This document shows, piece after piece, positions 1 through 8,922 of a stretch of DNA of 64,000 nucleotides. How positions within the stretch are numbered: position 1 is the stretch's first letter; every line of letters begins with the position of its first letter. Location of the stretch: positions 19,254 through 83,253 of the forward strand of contig CAJUOV010000008.1 of NCBI GenBank assembly GCA_910588695.1, given 5' to 3'. The notes below the pieces were generated by a model, which was not told the DNA's origin, ran no database searches, and worked only from the letters and a program-made list of their open reading frames with translations. A program made the position numbers and the translations under genes. This DNA is from an uncultured Christensenellaceae bacterium (GTDB taxonomy: Bacteria > Bacillota > Clostridia > Christensenellales > Borkfalkiaceae).

Positions 1-832
1 CGCCGTTGATGCCGCCCGCGACCTGTCCGTTCGAACTGATCTCGGGATTAAGGTGCGCAAGCGCGATCGAGCGTCCGCTCTCTTTGTTGCGCAACATCGA
101 AAGCGGCAGTCCCGTTCTCGTCTCTTTGACGTAGACCCTGTCGAGATTGAGATTGGAGGCGATCGCTCCTCTCACCATGTCGGAAGAATCTTTGTAGATG
201 ATCGACGGAATAAAATAATCGAACTTATCGTATTTTTTGGAGCCTCCCGCATCGAGCAGAGAATAGACGGATTGAAACCCTACATCGGCTTTATTTTCCG
301 AAAGCACTTCCGTCTTGCGGCTGAGCGCGAACGTTCCGCTTTCGCTGACATAATAAGCGTCGTCGAAACGGACTTCGCTCCCCTTTGCGGTCTTGACGAT
401 CGCGGTTGCGAGATACCCGTAATTCTTTTCCGTCACTTTGCTGTATCCCGTCGCATACGAGGTCTCGTCGAACGCGCCCAGCAAAGTGGTCGCGGGACCT
501 CTTACGTTGAGCATGGCGGGCTTGGGATTGACAAAACTCACCGAGGCGTCCGTCGCGGGAGCGGTTGCTCCGAGCGAGGAAAGATCGACGAATTTCAATC
601 CGAATCCGTCCGCCCCCTCGGAAAAGTCGATGCGGTAGCCGTCCGCCGCAAGCGTTTTTGCGCCGCCCGCCTCTCCGATTGCGCCCGCAGGCGCGTCAGG
701 CAGATCGAACTCGGCGTCGTTCCCGCCGACCGTACCTCCGCCTCCCCCGCCCGTGTCGCCGCACCCTGCAAGCAGAGTGCCGCCGAACGCGACGAGCGCC
801 GCAATACCGGCAATCGTTGTCCATTTTTTCAT
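1..832 (-). CDS. Lipoprotein of unknown function, N-terminal part (gene runs off the left edge)
   Basis: Absent from the ORF track because it is open at the window edge. Reverse-strand ATG at 832-830, with AAGGAGG (plus-strand cctcctt at 841-847) 7 nt upstream. It translates as MKKWTTIAGIAALVAFGGTLLAGCGDTGGGGGGT..., a signal peptide with an LAGC lipobox and a Gly-rich linker. It is the last gene of the abfA/ABC operon. Confidence 0.6.
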   Translation of the reverse strand, partial: MKKWTTIAGIAALVAFGGTLLAGCGDTGGGGGGTVGGNDAEFDLPDAPAGAIGEAGGAKTLAADGYRIDFSEGADGFGLKFVDLSSLGATAPATDASVSFVNPKPAMLNVRGPATTLLGAFDETSYATGYSKVTEKNYGYLATAIVKTAKGSEVRFDDAYYVSESGTFALSRKTEVLSENKADVGFQSVYSLLDAGGSKKYDKFDYFIPSIIYKDSSDMVRGAIASNLNLDRVYVKETRTGLPLSMLRNKESGRSIALAHLNPEISSNGQVAGGING

Positions 833-848
833 ATAAATTCCTCCTTAT

Positions 849-1733
849 TTAACCTTTGATTCCCGTCATGACAATGCCCTCGATAAAGCTCTTTTGCGCG
901 GCAAGATAAAGCACAAAAGTCGGTATGAGCGCAACGACCGCGCCCGCCATCATCAAGGTATAGGGTTTGCTGTGCGCCGTGGATATCGACGACAGTACGA
1001 GTTGCAGCGTCTTGAACTTATCGACGGTTCCCACGTAGAGCAACGGACCGAGATAGTCGTTATACGCGCCGTTGAACGAGAGAATGAGCTGCGTAATGAG
1101 CACGGGCATGGAGAGCGGCAGAGCGATCCGAATAAAAATCCCCCACCAGTTCAGACCGTCGATCTTGGCGGCGTCCTCCAACTCCTTGGGGAGCGTCATA
1201 AAGAACTGACGGATAAAGAACATCGTAAGCGCCGAACCGAAGCACCCCGGAATGATGAGCGGCAACGGAGTGTTCGCCCAATGGTACACGCTCGCAAACA
1301 GAATGTACGAGGGAATGAGCGTGATCACCCCCGGCATGACCACCGTGGAGAGCAGCATGTAAAAGACCGCCGTTTTGCCGGGGAATCTCAGCCGCGCGAA
1401 CCCGTAACCCGCCATCGCGCTCGTAAATACGCCCAGAACAATGGGCGGAGCGATATAGAGAATGCTGTTCAGAAAACTCCCGAAAATGTTGTACTCGCGA
1501 AAGAGACGGGTATAATTCTCAAAAGTGACCGCGTGCCACATCCAGTTGTAGTTCTTGTCGTAAATGCCGTACTGCGAGGTGAACGAAGTTGACAGCGCGA
1601 ACAGAAAGGGAATCAGAAAGAGTACGGCGAAAAAGATCAGCACCGCATAGACGACGATCTTGAATACAATGCGTTTCGCTCTGTATTTTTTCTGATAAGA
1701 ATCGTTTTTTTGCAAAGTTTCGGTTTGTGTCAT
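849..1733 (-). CDS. Carbohydrate ABC transporter permease (MalG/AraQ-like)
   Basis: Multi-pass membrane protein with an EAA-loop-like motif (AAKIDGLNWWGIFIRIALPLSMP). I prefer the ATG at 1733 with AAGGAGG 7 nt upstream over the TTG at 1751. Confidence 0.85.
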   Translation of the reverse strand: MTQTETLQKNDSYQKKYRAKRIVFKIVVYAVLIFFAVLFLIPFLFALSTSFTSQYGIYDKNYNWMWHAVTFENYTRLFREYNIFGSFLNSILYIAPPIVLGVFTSAMAGYGFARLRFPGKTAVFYMLLSTVVMPGVITLIPSYILFASVYHWANTPLPLIIPGCFGSALTMFFIRQFFMTLPKELEDAAKIDGLNWWGIFIRIALPLSMPVLITQLILSFNGAYNDYLGPLLYVGTVDKFKTLQLVLSSISTAHSKPYTLMMAGAVVALIPTFVLYLAAQKSFIEGIVMTGIKG

Positions 1734-1747
1734 GTCTCCCCTCCTTA

Positions 1748-2722
1748 TCAAGAATCGTACTTAACCCAGAACTTGGATACGAGGAATTGAATTCCGGAAA
1801 TCAGAATCAGAAGAAGCCCGAACACCATGCCGAGCGCGGAGGCGTAGCCATAGCGATAACCGTAAGCTCCCGTAAATTTGTAGATCCACCACACGGGCAT
1901 GACGCTGCTGTAATTGATCTGATCGTTCGTCATCACCTGAAAGTTCGTGAACGCCTGAAAAGAGCCGAGAATCCCCGTAATCAAAATATAGAACATCACG
2001 GGCGACACCCCTGGGAGAGTGATATGGATAAATTTACGGAACGCGTTCGCGCCGTCGAGCGACGCCGCATCGTACAGCGTTTTGGAAACGTTGTGCAGCG
2101 ACGAATAGAAGAGAAGCACGCTCACGCCCATTCCCGACCATATCCCCATGACCATCATCGATCCCATAATGTACTTGGACGCGAGAAAGTGAATGGGTTT
2201 TATGCCGAGCTTCTGAAAAAACTCGTACAGCAAACCGTAGTTCGGCGCATACATCCACTGCCAGATAAAGGCGATTGCCACCGCGCCGCAGATCGTGGGC
2301 AGATAAAAGATCATTCTGAGCACGAGTGAGCCGCGCGAAATGCTCACGAGCATGGACGAGAGCACGAGCGCCAGAAGCGCGCCGACGGGAACGCCGATAC
2401 AGTAGATGAGCGCGTTGAGAAGGGAGCGCAGAAAAAAGGTATCGCGGAATACCTCGGCAAAGTTTGAAAAGCCAATGAACACGGGCGCGTGGAACAAGTC
2501 GTATTCGCTGAACGAATAGACAATCGCAAGCACGAGCGGAAACGCCGTGAACAGCAGAAACCCGACTGTAAGAGGAGAAATAAACACCCAACCCCAAATG
2601 TATTCGCTTCTTCTGGAAGCGCTCATTCTATGCTTTTTCGGCTTTTCGGGAACGACCGCCGTTTCGCCGTTTTGCACGGCTTCGGCACGGAGTTCCCCGT
2701 TGTGTACGTCGATCGACTGCAT
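1748..2722 (-). CDS. Carbohydrate ABC transporter permease (MalF/AraP-like)
   Basis: Membrane protein with an EAA-type motif (AASLDGANAFRKFIHITLPGVSP). ATG at 2722 with a GGGGGAGG SD. Confidence 0.85.
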   Translation of the reverse strand: MQSIDVHNGELRAEAVQNGETAVVPEKPKKHRMSASRRSEYIWGWVFISPLTVGFLLFTAFPLVLAIVYSFSEYDLFHAPVFIGFSNFAEVFRDTFFLRSLLNALIYCIGVPVGALLALVLSSMLVSISRGSLVLRMIFYLPTICGAVAIAFIWQWMYAPNYGLLYEFFQKLGIKPIHFLASKYIMGSMMVMGIWSGMGVSVLLFYSSLHNVSKTLYDAASLDGANAFRKFIHITLPGVSPVMFYILITGILGSFQAFTNFQVMTNDQINYSSVMPVWWIYKFTGAYGYRYGYASALGMVFGLLLILISGIQFLVSKFWVKYDS

Positions 2723-2735
2723 ACGCGCCTCCCCC

Positions 2736-4136
2736 TTATGCGATCTTTTCGTTCACCGCTTCCCGCACTCTTTGAAGAAAATAATCCACATCCCAGCGTT
2801 TGCTTGCGTCGTTGTTGAGAAGGTACTCCGAGAACATGTCGTAGCCGAGTTCCTTCCATTGCGTGTTCTTCGTGTACGTCCATGTGCCCGCAGGCTGTTC
2901 GGAAGCGGATCTGATGAATACTTCGTAATTGTTGGGTTTAAGCTGCGATTCCCGTTTCAGATACTCTTCCGAGAGTCCGATGCTCTCGTAGAGCGGGAAT
3001 TGGAATCCCGTCGCGGCGAGAATTTCCTGCCCCTCGGGCGAGCCGATATATTCGACCAATTTCCACGCCGCCTCTTTGTTGGCGCAGCCGTTGCTGATCG
3101 CATAGCCGCAGGAACCCGACCATGAATTTTTAGTGGGATTTTCGGAAAAAGCGGGCGCGTAGGCGATGTCCCAATCGAAAGAGAGCGTGCGGAAAGACGC
3201 CACGTTCCAGCTCCCTGCGATTACGGTTGCAACCTTCTGCAAGGAAAAGAGCGTAGTGGGATCCATACCCGAGCTGAATTCGCTGGGCGGAGTAATCTGA
3301 TATTTATAATAAGCGTCTTGAATAAATTGGTAAGATTTTTTAAGAGCTGCAACGTCCGATTCTTCGGTCGGGAAACCGTTGCGGGAATCATTGAGAAAAT
3401 CGCCGCCTGACGACCATACGAGCCCTTCCATCTCGATCCCCGCAACGCCGTAGGTTTCGATATAGTCGCCGTCGCGTTCGGTAAGGGCTTGCCACATGGT
3501 CACCGCTTCGTCCATTGTCATGATTCTGTCGGAGGGCGGCAGAGAAACTCCTTTTTGGACGAAGTAGTCTTTGTTGTAAAACATGACGTGCGCGGAAATA
3601 TCGCGCGGCATCACGAGCTGCGCCCCGCTACCCGTCAGTCCGGTAACAGGATCGTACTGGTAACGCGACACAACGGAGTCGTACATTCCGTCGGGATCCA
3701 CAAGCTCGCTCGCCTGAATGTAGGGGGTGAGATTGACCATCTTTCCGCCCGTGGACCAGTTTGCGAACACACCGTCCGACACCATGAACACGTCGTGCAG
3801 GTTATTCGTCGCAATATTCGTCGCGTAAGTTTTTTCGTAATCGCTGATAATATCAAGTCTGACGTCGATCGTGGGATAGCGGTTTTTGAACGCCGTGAGC
3901 GCCGTTTCGAGCACGGCGCGTTCAAGGGTCGCCCCGTCCGAATCCCAGTGCGACATCGTGATCGTTACGGGCTCGCCCGTGTACGAGTACAGCGACGCGT
4001 CATACTTTGCCTGTATGCTCTCGATCGAAATCGAGAGATCGAGTTCGTCGTTTGGATTTGCACAGCCGGCAAATATACCCCCCCCCATGAGAAGAGCGCT
4101 GATTGCCAACGCCGCAACTTTGACCGTTTTCTTCAT
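2736..4136 (-). CDS. ABC transporter extracellular sugar-binding lipoprotein
   Basis: The internal start MKKTVKVAALAISALLMGGGIFAGC gives a signal peptide with a lipobox Cys, and has GGAGG upstream. The annotated ORF start at 4244 would overlap abfA. Size and Trp/Tyr-rich composition are typical of family-1 solute-binding proteins. Confidence 0.8.
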   Translation of the reverse strand: MKKTVKVAALAISALLMGGGIFAGCANPNDELDLSISIESIQAKYDASLYSYTGEPVTITMSHWDSDGATLERAVLETALTAFKNRYPTIDVRLDIISDYEKTYATNIATNNLHDVFMVSDGVFANWSTGGKMVNLTPYIQASELVDPDGMYDSVVSRYQYDPVTGLTGSGAQLVMPRDISAHVMFYNKDYFVQKGVSLPPSDRIMTMDEAVTMWQALTERDGDYIETYGVAGIEMEGLVWSSGGDFLNDSRNGFPTEESDVAALKKSYQFIQDAYYKYQITPPSEFSSGMDPTTLFSLQKVATVIAGSWNVASFRTLSFDWDIAYAPAFSENPTKNSWSGSCGYAISNGCANKEAAWKLVEYIGSPEGQEILAATGFQFPLYESIGLSEEYLKRESQLKPNNYEVFIRSASEQPAGTWTYTKNTQWKELGYDMFSEYLLNNDASKRWDVDYFLQRVREAVNEKIA

Positions 4137-4165
4137 TGTTTTTTCCTCCTTAACCTGATCTATTC

Positions 4166-5665
4166 TCATTCCGCAAACCGCAACAGCGTAAAGCTGTACG
4201 GCGGCAGTTTGATTCCGAACTGTGCTTTCTTTCCCTTTTCGCACGCCGCTTTTGCCGGCACGACTTTATCGGGTTCGTCAAAGCTGTTGTGCGCGTGCGG
4301 ATCGCCTTTCATCTCGATCCGCTCTTTCATCACCACGCTTTCCGTAGCGAAATCCAAAAGACACTCCTGCTCCTCGCCCGTCTTGTTGATCGCAAAGAGC
4401 GCGTATTCCCCTTCGTCGTAGGCGCAAGCGGCGTAGATCTTTTCCGTTTCGCCGTAATCGCTGTCCATCTTCTCCGATTGGTTCGCAAGCCGCAGCGCCC
4501 TCCCCTTTGCGTATTTGATCGCAAGCTGATAGGGATAGTAGATCGTCTGACGGAACATTCTTCCGCCGTTCTCCGTCATCACGGGCGCAATCACATTTAC
4601 AAGTTGTGCAAGACACCCCATTTTTACACGGTCGGCGTTATTTACGAGCGTGCATACAAGCCCCGCGAACGCCACTGCGTCGGCAAGATCGTACACGTTT
4701 TCGACCCTGCGCGGTCCCACCGTCCAACGGTCTTTGGATGTATCGTTGTAAACGTCGGCGTCGGTTGCCGTCGGCTTCGTATGCCAGATGTTCCACTCGT
4801 CGAGAGAGAGCTTCATTTTCTTCTTGCTGCGTTTATACGCGCCGACATAGTCCGCGGTAGAAGCAACCGTTTTGATAAACCCGTCGAAATCCGTGTGCGC
4901 GCTCATAAAGTCTTCCAATCTTCCCGACTCGGTATAGGTGTAATACCTATGCAGCGAAATATAGTCCACATAGTTGTAGGTGTGCTGCAACACTACTCTG
5001 TCCCAATCGGGATAGGTGGGAGATACGGGAGAAGAAGAGCCGCAGATCGTCAACCGAATATCGGAATCCACCCATTTCATGAGCTTCGCGGTCTCCGCCG
5101 CCTTACGCCCGTACTCCTCTGCAGTCAGCGCGCAGATCTGCCAGTCGCCGTCCATCTCGTTGCCGATGCACCAGGTTTTGATCGCAAAAGGTTCCGCTTT
5201 GCCGTTCGCTCTGCGCAGTTCGGAAGTCGTCGTCCCGCCCGCATAGTTGCAGTACTCCACGATCTGAGCCGCGTCGGAGGGAGTTCCCGTTCCCATATTG
5301 ACCGCCATCATCACGTCGGAACCCACTTTCTCCGACCAATCGAAAAATTCATGCAGCCCTACGAGGTTGGGTTCGATCTGTCCCCATGCGAGATCGAGGC
5401 GGACGGGTCTGTTCTTTCCGATCCCGTCTTTCCAGCAATAACCCGACAGAAAGTTTCCGCCGGGGTAACGGATGATCGGAACATTCAATTCTTTGATTGC
5501 CGCAATCACGTCTTTGCGAAAGCCGTGTTCGTCCGCCAAAGGGTGTTCGGGATCATAGATCCCGCCGTAAACGGAACGCCCCATATGTTCCACAAAACTG
5601 CCCCACAACTCACGCTCGATGCTGCCGATCGTATAATCTTTGCTGACGACGATTCTGTTTTTCAT
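4166..5665 (-). CDS. abfA: Alpha-L-arabinofuranosidase, GH51
   Basis: The N-terminus (GSFVEHMGRSVYGGIYDPEHP...IRYPGGNFLSGY.W.DGIG) and the WCIGNEMDG acid/base region are classic GH51 AbfA signatures. Length is 499 aa. Confidence 0.9.
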   Translation of the reverse strand: MKNRIVVSKDYTIGSIERELWGSFVEHMGRSVYGGIYDPEHPLADEHGFRKDVIAAIKELNVPIIRYPGGNFLSGYCWKDGIGKNRPVRLDLAWGQIEPNLVGLHEFFDWSEKVGSDVMMAVNMGTGTPSDAAQIVEYCNYAGGTTTSELRRANGKAEPFAIKTWCIGNEMDGDWQICALTAEEYGRKAAETAKLMKWVDSDIRLTICGSSSPVSPTYPDWDRVVLQHTYNYVDYISLHRYYTYTESGRLEDFMSAHTDFDGFIKTVASTADYVGAYKRSKKKMKLSLDEWNIWHTKPTATDADVYNDTSKDRWTVGPRRVENVYDLADAVAFAGLVCTLVNNADRVKMGCLAQLVNVIAPVMTENGGRMFRQTIYYPYQLAIKYAKGRALRLANQSEKMDSDYGETEKIYAACAYDEGEYALFAINKTGEEQECLLDFATESVVMKERIEMKGDPHAHNSFDEPDKVVPAKAACEKGKKAQFGIKLPPYSFTLLRFAE

Positions 5666-5690
5666 CTCAAGTCCTCTTTTTATATTTTTA

Positions 5691-5722
5691 TTGAATATTC
5701 AACATATATCTTGAATGATCAA
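5691..5722. promoter_or_regulatory. Two palindromic 12-mers, a putative operator pair in the abfA leader
   Basis: TTGAATATTCAA (5691-5702, a perfect palindrome) and TTGAATGATCAA (5711-5722). Both lie between the abfA -10 box and the abfA SD. Confidence 0.5.
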
Positions 5723-5726
5723 TCGA

Positions 5727-5755
5727 ATTATATCATAGGTTTCCATATCTGTCAA
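5727..5755 (-). promoter_or_regulatory. abfA operon promoter
   Basis: Reverse strand reads TTGACA-N17-TATAAT with a TG extension (tgaTATAAT). Confidence 0.7.
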
Positions 5756-5802
5756 TAGGTTTTTGAAAAATTTCACCGAAAAATATCGCCTCGAAAAATT
5801 AC

Positions 5803-5832
5803 TTGACAAGAATGTGGAAATTTTGTTAAACT
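5803..5832 (+). promoter_or_regulatory. Promoter of the ArsR-type regulator gene
   Basis: TTGACA (5803-5808), N18, TGtTAAACT (extended -10). Confidence 0.5.
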
Positions 5833-5878
5833 AAACGGGAAAAGCGGAAGTTATTTCGGTGCGAACAGGTGGAAAATA

Positions 5879-6820
5879 ATGATAGTAGTGAATAACGCGC
5901 AAGAAAGTTTAAGTCTATTCGAGGCGCTTGCCTCTCCCGTCCGTTTACAGATCATCGGGCTGTTACACGGCGGCGAAGAAATGAACATCAACGAAATCGC
6001 AAAACACGTCAATCTCACGAACAGCGCGCTCACGATGCACATACAAAAACTTGCCGATTGCGGAATCATTCGTATCCGTCTCTCCGCGCTCTCCCGCGGA
6101 ACGCAGAAACTGTGTTCGCTGACAGAGGACAAAATTCTCATCGAACTCGTAGATAAGATGAGCAACGACAATTTTTACGAGACCGAGCTCGAAGTCGGAC
6201 AGTATTCCGAATACTCCATCAATCCCACTTGCGGGCTTGCCGATCTGTATTCCCTCATCGGCGACTTCGACAGCCCGCAGGTCTTTTCTTATCCGGAGCG
6301 TTTTCAGGCGCACATCGTCTGGTTTACCGAAGGCTACGTCACCTACCGTTTTCCCAACAAACTGCGCACCTATCAAAGACCGGAAGAACTGCAAATTTCC
6401 ATGGAGATTTCGGGCGAAGCCCCCGGTGCAAGCAATCACTTCCCCTCGGACATTCACTTTATCGTCAACGGGATCGACGTTGGCACATACATCTGTCCCG
6501 GAGAATACTTTGACCGCCGCGGACGATATACGCCCGACTGGTGGTCGTCAAACTTCGGTCAGTACGGCAGGATCAAAAATCTGTCTATCGACCGTTACGG
6601 CACTTCCCTCGACGGATTGCATATCGGCGACACAACGATCGAAGATTTGCACCTCGAAAAAAACGAACACATCTCCTTCACGGTCGACTGCCGCGATCAG
6701 AGCAATTACCACGGCGGCGTAAACCTCTTCGGCACAGGTTTCGGCGACTACAATCAGGGAATCCGTTGCCGACTCTTCTACTCCGAAGCGGGAAAGGAAC
6801 CCGAAAAAAACAAACAATAA
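5879..6820 (+). CDS. ArsR-family winged-HTH regulator fused to a ~210-aa C-terminal domain of unknown function
   Basis: The N-terminus (LFEALASPVRLQIIGLL...INEIAKHVNLTNSALTMHIQKL) is an ArsR/SmtB-type HTH. The C-terminal two thirds share motifs with the paralog at 38123-39034 (PTCGLA, FSYPER, EAPG, PSD.(H/Y)F.(V/I)NG..VG, GEY.DR, WW..N(F/L)GQYG, LFG..FGDY..GI). Confidence 0.75.
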   Translation: MIVVNNAQESLSLFEALASPVRLQIIGLLHGGEEMNINEIAKHVNLTNSALTMHIQKLADCGIIRIRLSALSRGTQKLCSLTEDKILIELVDKMSNDNFYETELEVGQYSEYSINPTCGLADLYSLIGDFDSPQVFSYPERFQAHIVWFTEGYVTYRFPNKLRTYQRPEELQISMEISGEAPGASNHFPSDIHFIVNGIDVGTYICPGEYFDRRGRYTPDWWSSNFGQYGRIKNLSIDRYGTSLDGLHIGDTTIEDLHLEKNEHISFTVDCRDQSNYHGGVNLFGTGFGDYNQGIRCRLFYSEAGKEPEKNKQ

Positions 6821-6823
6821 TCA

Positions 6824-6875
6824 AAAGACCCGACGGTTTTGAAAAATCCATCGGGTCTTTTCTTCGATTTTTTGA
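6824..6875 (+). terminator. Rho-independent terminator after the regulator gene
   Basis: Hairpin aaagacccgacgg / ccatcgggtcttt followed by a T-rich run. Confidence 0.6.
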
Positions 6876-6894
6876 TTTATTTTTTCATTCGCTA

Positions 6895-6923
6895 TTGACA
6901 AACAACCTTTCCCTTGATAAAAT
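6895..6923 (+). promoter_or_regulatory. Promoter of the GH127 gene
   Basis: TTGACA (6895-6900), N17, TAAAAT (6918-6923). Confidence 0.65.
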
Positions 6924-6963
6924 AACGGCGACTTCAAAACGAAATCACTCAAGGAGAATCAAA

Positions 6964-8763
6964 ATGAAACCACTCGGATACCGGAGCGTAACCGTTCTCG
7001 ACGGTTTTTGGAAACAAACGCGTGAAAAAAATGCGCGTATTTCGTTAATGAACGTATATCGCCGATTCGAGGAGACGGGACGTTTTTCCGCGCTCGACTG
7101 CGTAAAACGCGACCCGCCGCCGCACATTTTTTTCGATTCGGACGTAGCAAAATGGTTGGAGGCGGCGGCGTATCTTTACCATGATTATCCCGACGGCGAA
7201 ATCAAAAACATCATCGACAAGTCCGTAAACGCGATCGCCGCGGCGCAACTGCCGAACGGATATTATAACAGTTACTATCAAGTGTATAAAAAGGACAAAA
7301 TCTTTGCCGAGCGAATGGAACATGAGCTCTACTGCGCGGGACACCTGATCGAAGCGGCGGTCGCGCTCTTCGAAGCGGGGCTCGGAGACAAGCTGCTGCT
7401 TGTCATGCGCAAATACGCCGACTATATCCACGAACGTTTTTACGTTGCGCGCGATCCCCTTTTTACGACCTGCGGTCACCCCGAGATCGAGTTGGCGCTC
7501 GTCCGACTTTTCGAATGTACGAACGAACGAAAATATCTTACGCTTGCGGAATTCTTTTTGAACGAACGCGGAAAAAAACCCGAATACGTCTATCCTTTCT
7601 TCGATTCAACCTACGATCAGAGCCACATGCCCGTCAGAGAACAGACGGAAGCGGTCGGGCACGCCGTGCGCGCGTTATATCTGTATATCGCTATGGCGGA
7701 AGCGGGAAGAATTTCAAAAGATTCCCCTCTGCTCAAAGCGGCGGAAAGACTGTTTGATAATATCGTGAATCAAAAAATGTATGTGACGGGCGGAACGGGT
7801 TCCAACTACTTCGGAGAACGTTTTACCGCTCCCTACGATCTGCCCAACGAATACGCCTATGCGGAGACCTGCTCGGCGATTGCGCTGGCGTTCTTCTGCG
7901 AAAGTCTTGCAAAAGCGGAAAATAAAGCAAAATATCACGACGTGTTCGAACGGGTACTCTATAATAATTTATTGGCGGGACAGTCCGCAGACGGAAAGGG
8001 GTTCTTCTACACCAATCCGCTGGAAACGAATATATCGCATCTGAAGTTCGCGCGCGAGGTTAAGGGATACCCCTACCAACCTATCGTGGAGCGCGTAGAA
8101 GTGTTCGACTGCTCCTGCTGCCCGCCGAATTTTATCCGCTTTGTGGGCAGAATCGGCGACTGCATTTACGGCGAAGAGAACGATCGGGCTTATATCCATC
8201 AATACATTTCTTCCGAAGCGAACATCGGAAAGCTGAAAATCAAAATGAACTCCGGATTCCCCTACGACGGAGAAGTTAAAATCGTTGCCGAGGGAACGGG
8301 CGCGCTCGGAACACGCGTTCCCCCTTGGTGCGATAAATTGACTTGTACGGTAAACGGCAAGTCCGTTACGCCCGAAACGAGCGACGGCTACCTGATGTTT
8401 GAAGTAAAAGGCATGTGTGAAATCCTGCTGAATTTCAATATGCGTCCCCGCTTTATTTACTCCAACGAAAACGTTTCTCAAAACTGCGGTCGGAAAGCGG
8501 TTGAATACGGTCCGCTCGTGCTGTGCGCCGAGGGCGTAGATAACGGAAACAATCTGCGCAATATCGTGATTCCGTCAACGGAACACGCAAAAGTCTGCCG
8601 CGACGGTATATTTTCGGTAACCATTCCCGCCGAACGGCTGCATACTTCCGACGCCCTTTACTCCTATCGTCCGCCCGAAAAAGAAAAGATCGAATTAAAA
8701 CTGATCCCATACTTTTTATGGGCAAACCGCGGCGAAACGGATATGCAGATCTGGTTTATGTAA
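6964..8763 (+). CDS. Beta-L-arabinofuranosidase, GH127 (DUF1680 / HypBA1-like)
   Basis: Start is ATG 6964 after AAGGAGA; the ORF-track N-terminal extension (6541-6963) overlaps the upstream gene and terminator. The protein has an (alpha/alpha)6-like N-terminal half and the Cys cluster FDCSCCPPNFIRF typical of GH127. Length is about 599 aa. Confidence 0.8.
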   Translation: MKPLGYRSVTVLDGFWKQTREKNARISLMNVYRRFEETGRFSALDCVKRDPPPHIFFDSDVAKWLEAAAYLYHDYPDGEIKNIIDKSVNAIAAAQLPNGYYNSYYQVYKKDKIFAERMEHELYCAGHLIEAAVALFEAGLGDKLLLVMRKYADYIHERFYVARDPLFTTCGHPEIELALVRLFECTNERKYLTLAEFFLNERGKKPEYVYPFFDSTYDQSHMPVREQTEAVGHAVRALYLYIAMAEAGRISKDSPLLKAAERLFDNIVNQKMYVTGGTGSNYFGERFTAPYDLPNEYAYAETCSAIALAFFCESLAKAENKAKYHDVFERVLYNNLLAGQSADGKGFFYTNPLETNISHLKFAREVKGYPYQPIVERVEVFDCSCCPPNFIRFVGRIGDCIYGEENDRAYIHQYISSEANIGKLKIKMNSGFPYDGEVKIVAEGTGALGTRVPPWCDKLTCTVNGKSVTPETSDGYLMFEVKGMCEILLNFNMRPRFIYSNENVSQNCGRKAVEYGPLVLCAEGVDNGNNLRNIVIPSTEHAKVCRDGIFSVTIPAERLHTSDALYSYRPPEKEKIELKLIPYFLWANRGETDMQIWFM

Positions 8764-8773
8764 ATCATAGAAA

Positions 8774-8807
8774 AAACGCAAGTTGATAAGTTCAACTTGC
8801 GTTTTTT
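8774..8807. terminator. Bidirectional terminator hairpin
   Basis: acgcaagttga-taagt-tcaacttgcgt flanked by an A-run and a T-run. It sits between the GH127 stop and the tRNA-Thr 3' end. Confidence 0.7.
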
Positions 8808-8883
<76 letters not shown>

Positions 8884-8893
8884 AAACGATAAC

Positions 8894-8922
8894 AGTATAT
8901 TCGAAAAATTCATTCAAGTCAA
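8894..8922 (-). promoter_or_regulatory. tRNA-Thr promoter
   Basis: Reverse strand reads TTGACT-N17-TATACT, ending about 10 nt before the tRNA 5' end. Confidence 0.6.

Noticed and set aside
53-859. 268-aa plus-strand ORF at the left edge
   Set aside because: Antisense to the lipoprotein gene, which has a proper SD, signal peptide and lipobox. The plus-strand product is Arg-rich with no motifs.
4289-5758. 489-aa plus-strand ORF
   Set aside because: Antisense shadow of the GH51 abfA gene. It has no SD and an Arg/His/Val-rich composition.
6541-6963. 141-codon N-terminal extension of the GH127 ORF
   Set aside because: It overlaps the regulator gene, its terminator and the GH127 promoter. ATG 6964 has an SD, and the protein from there matches the expected GH127 length.
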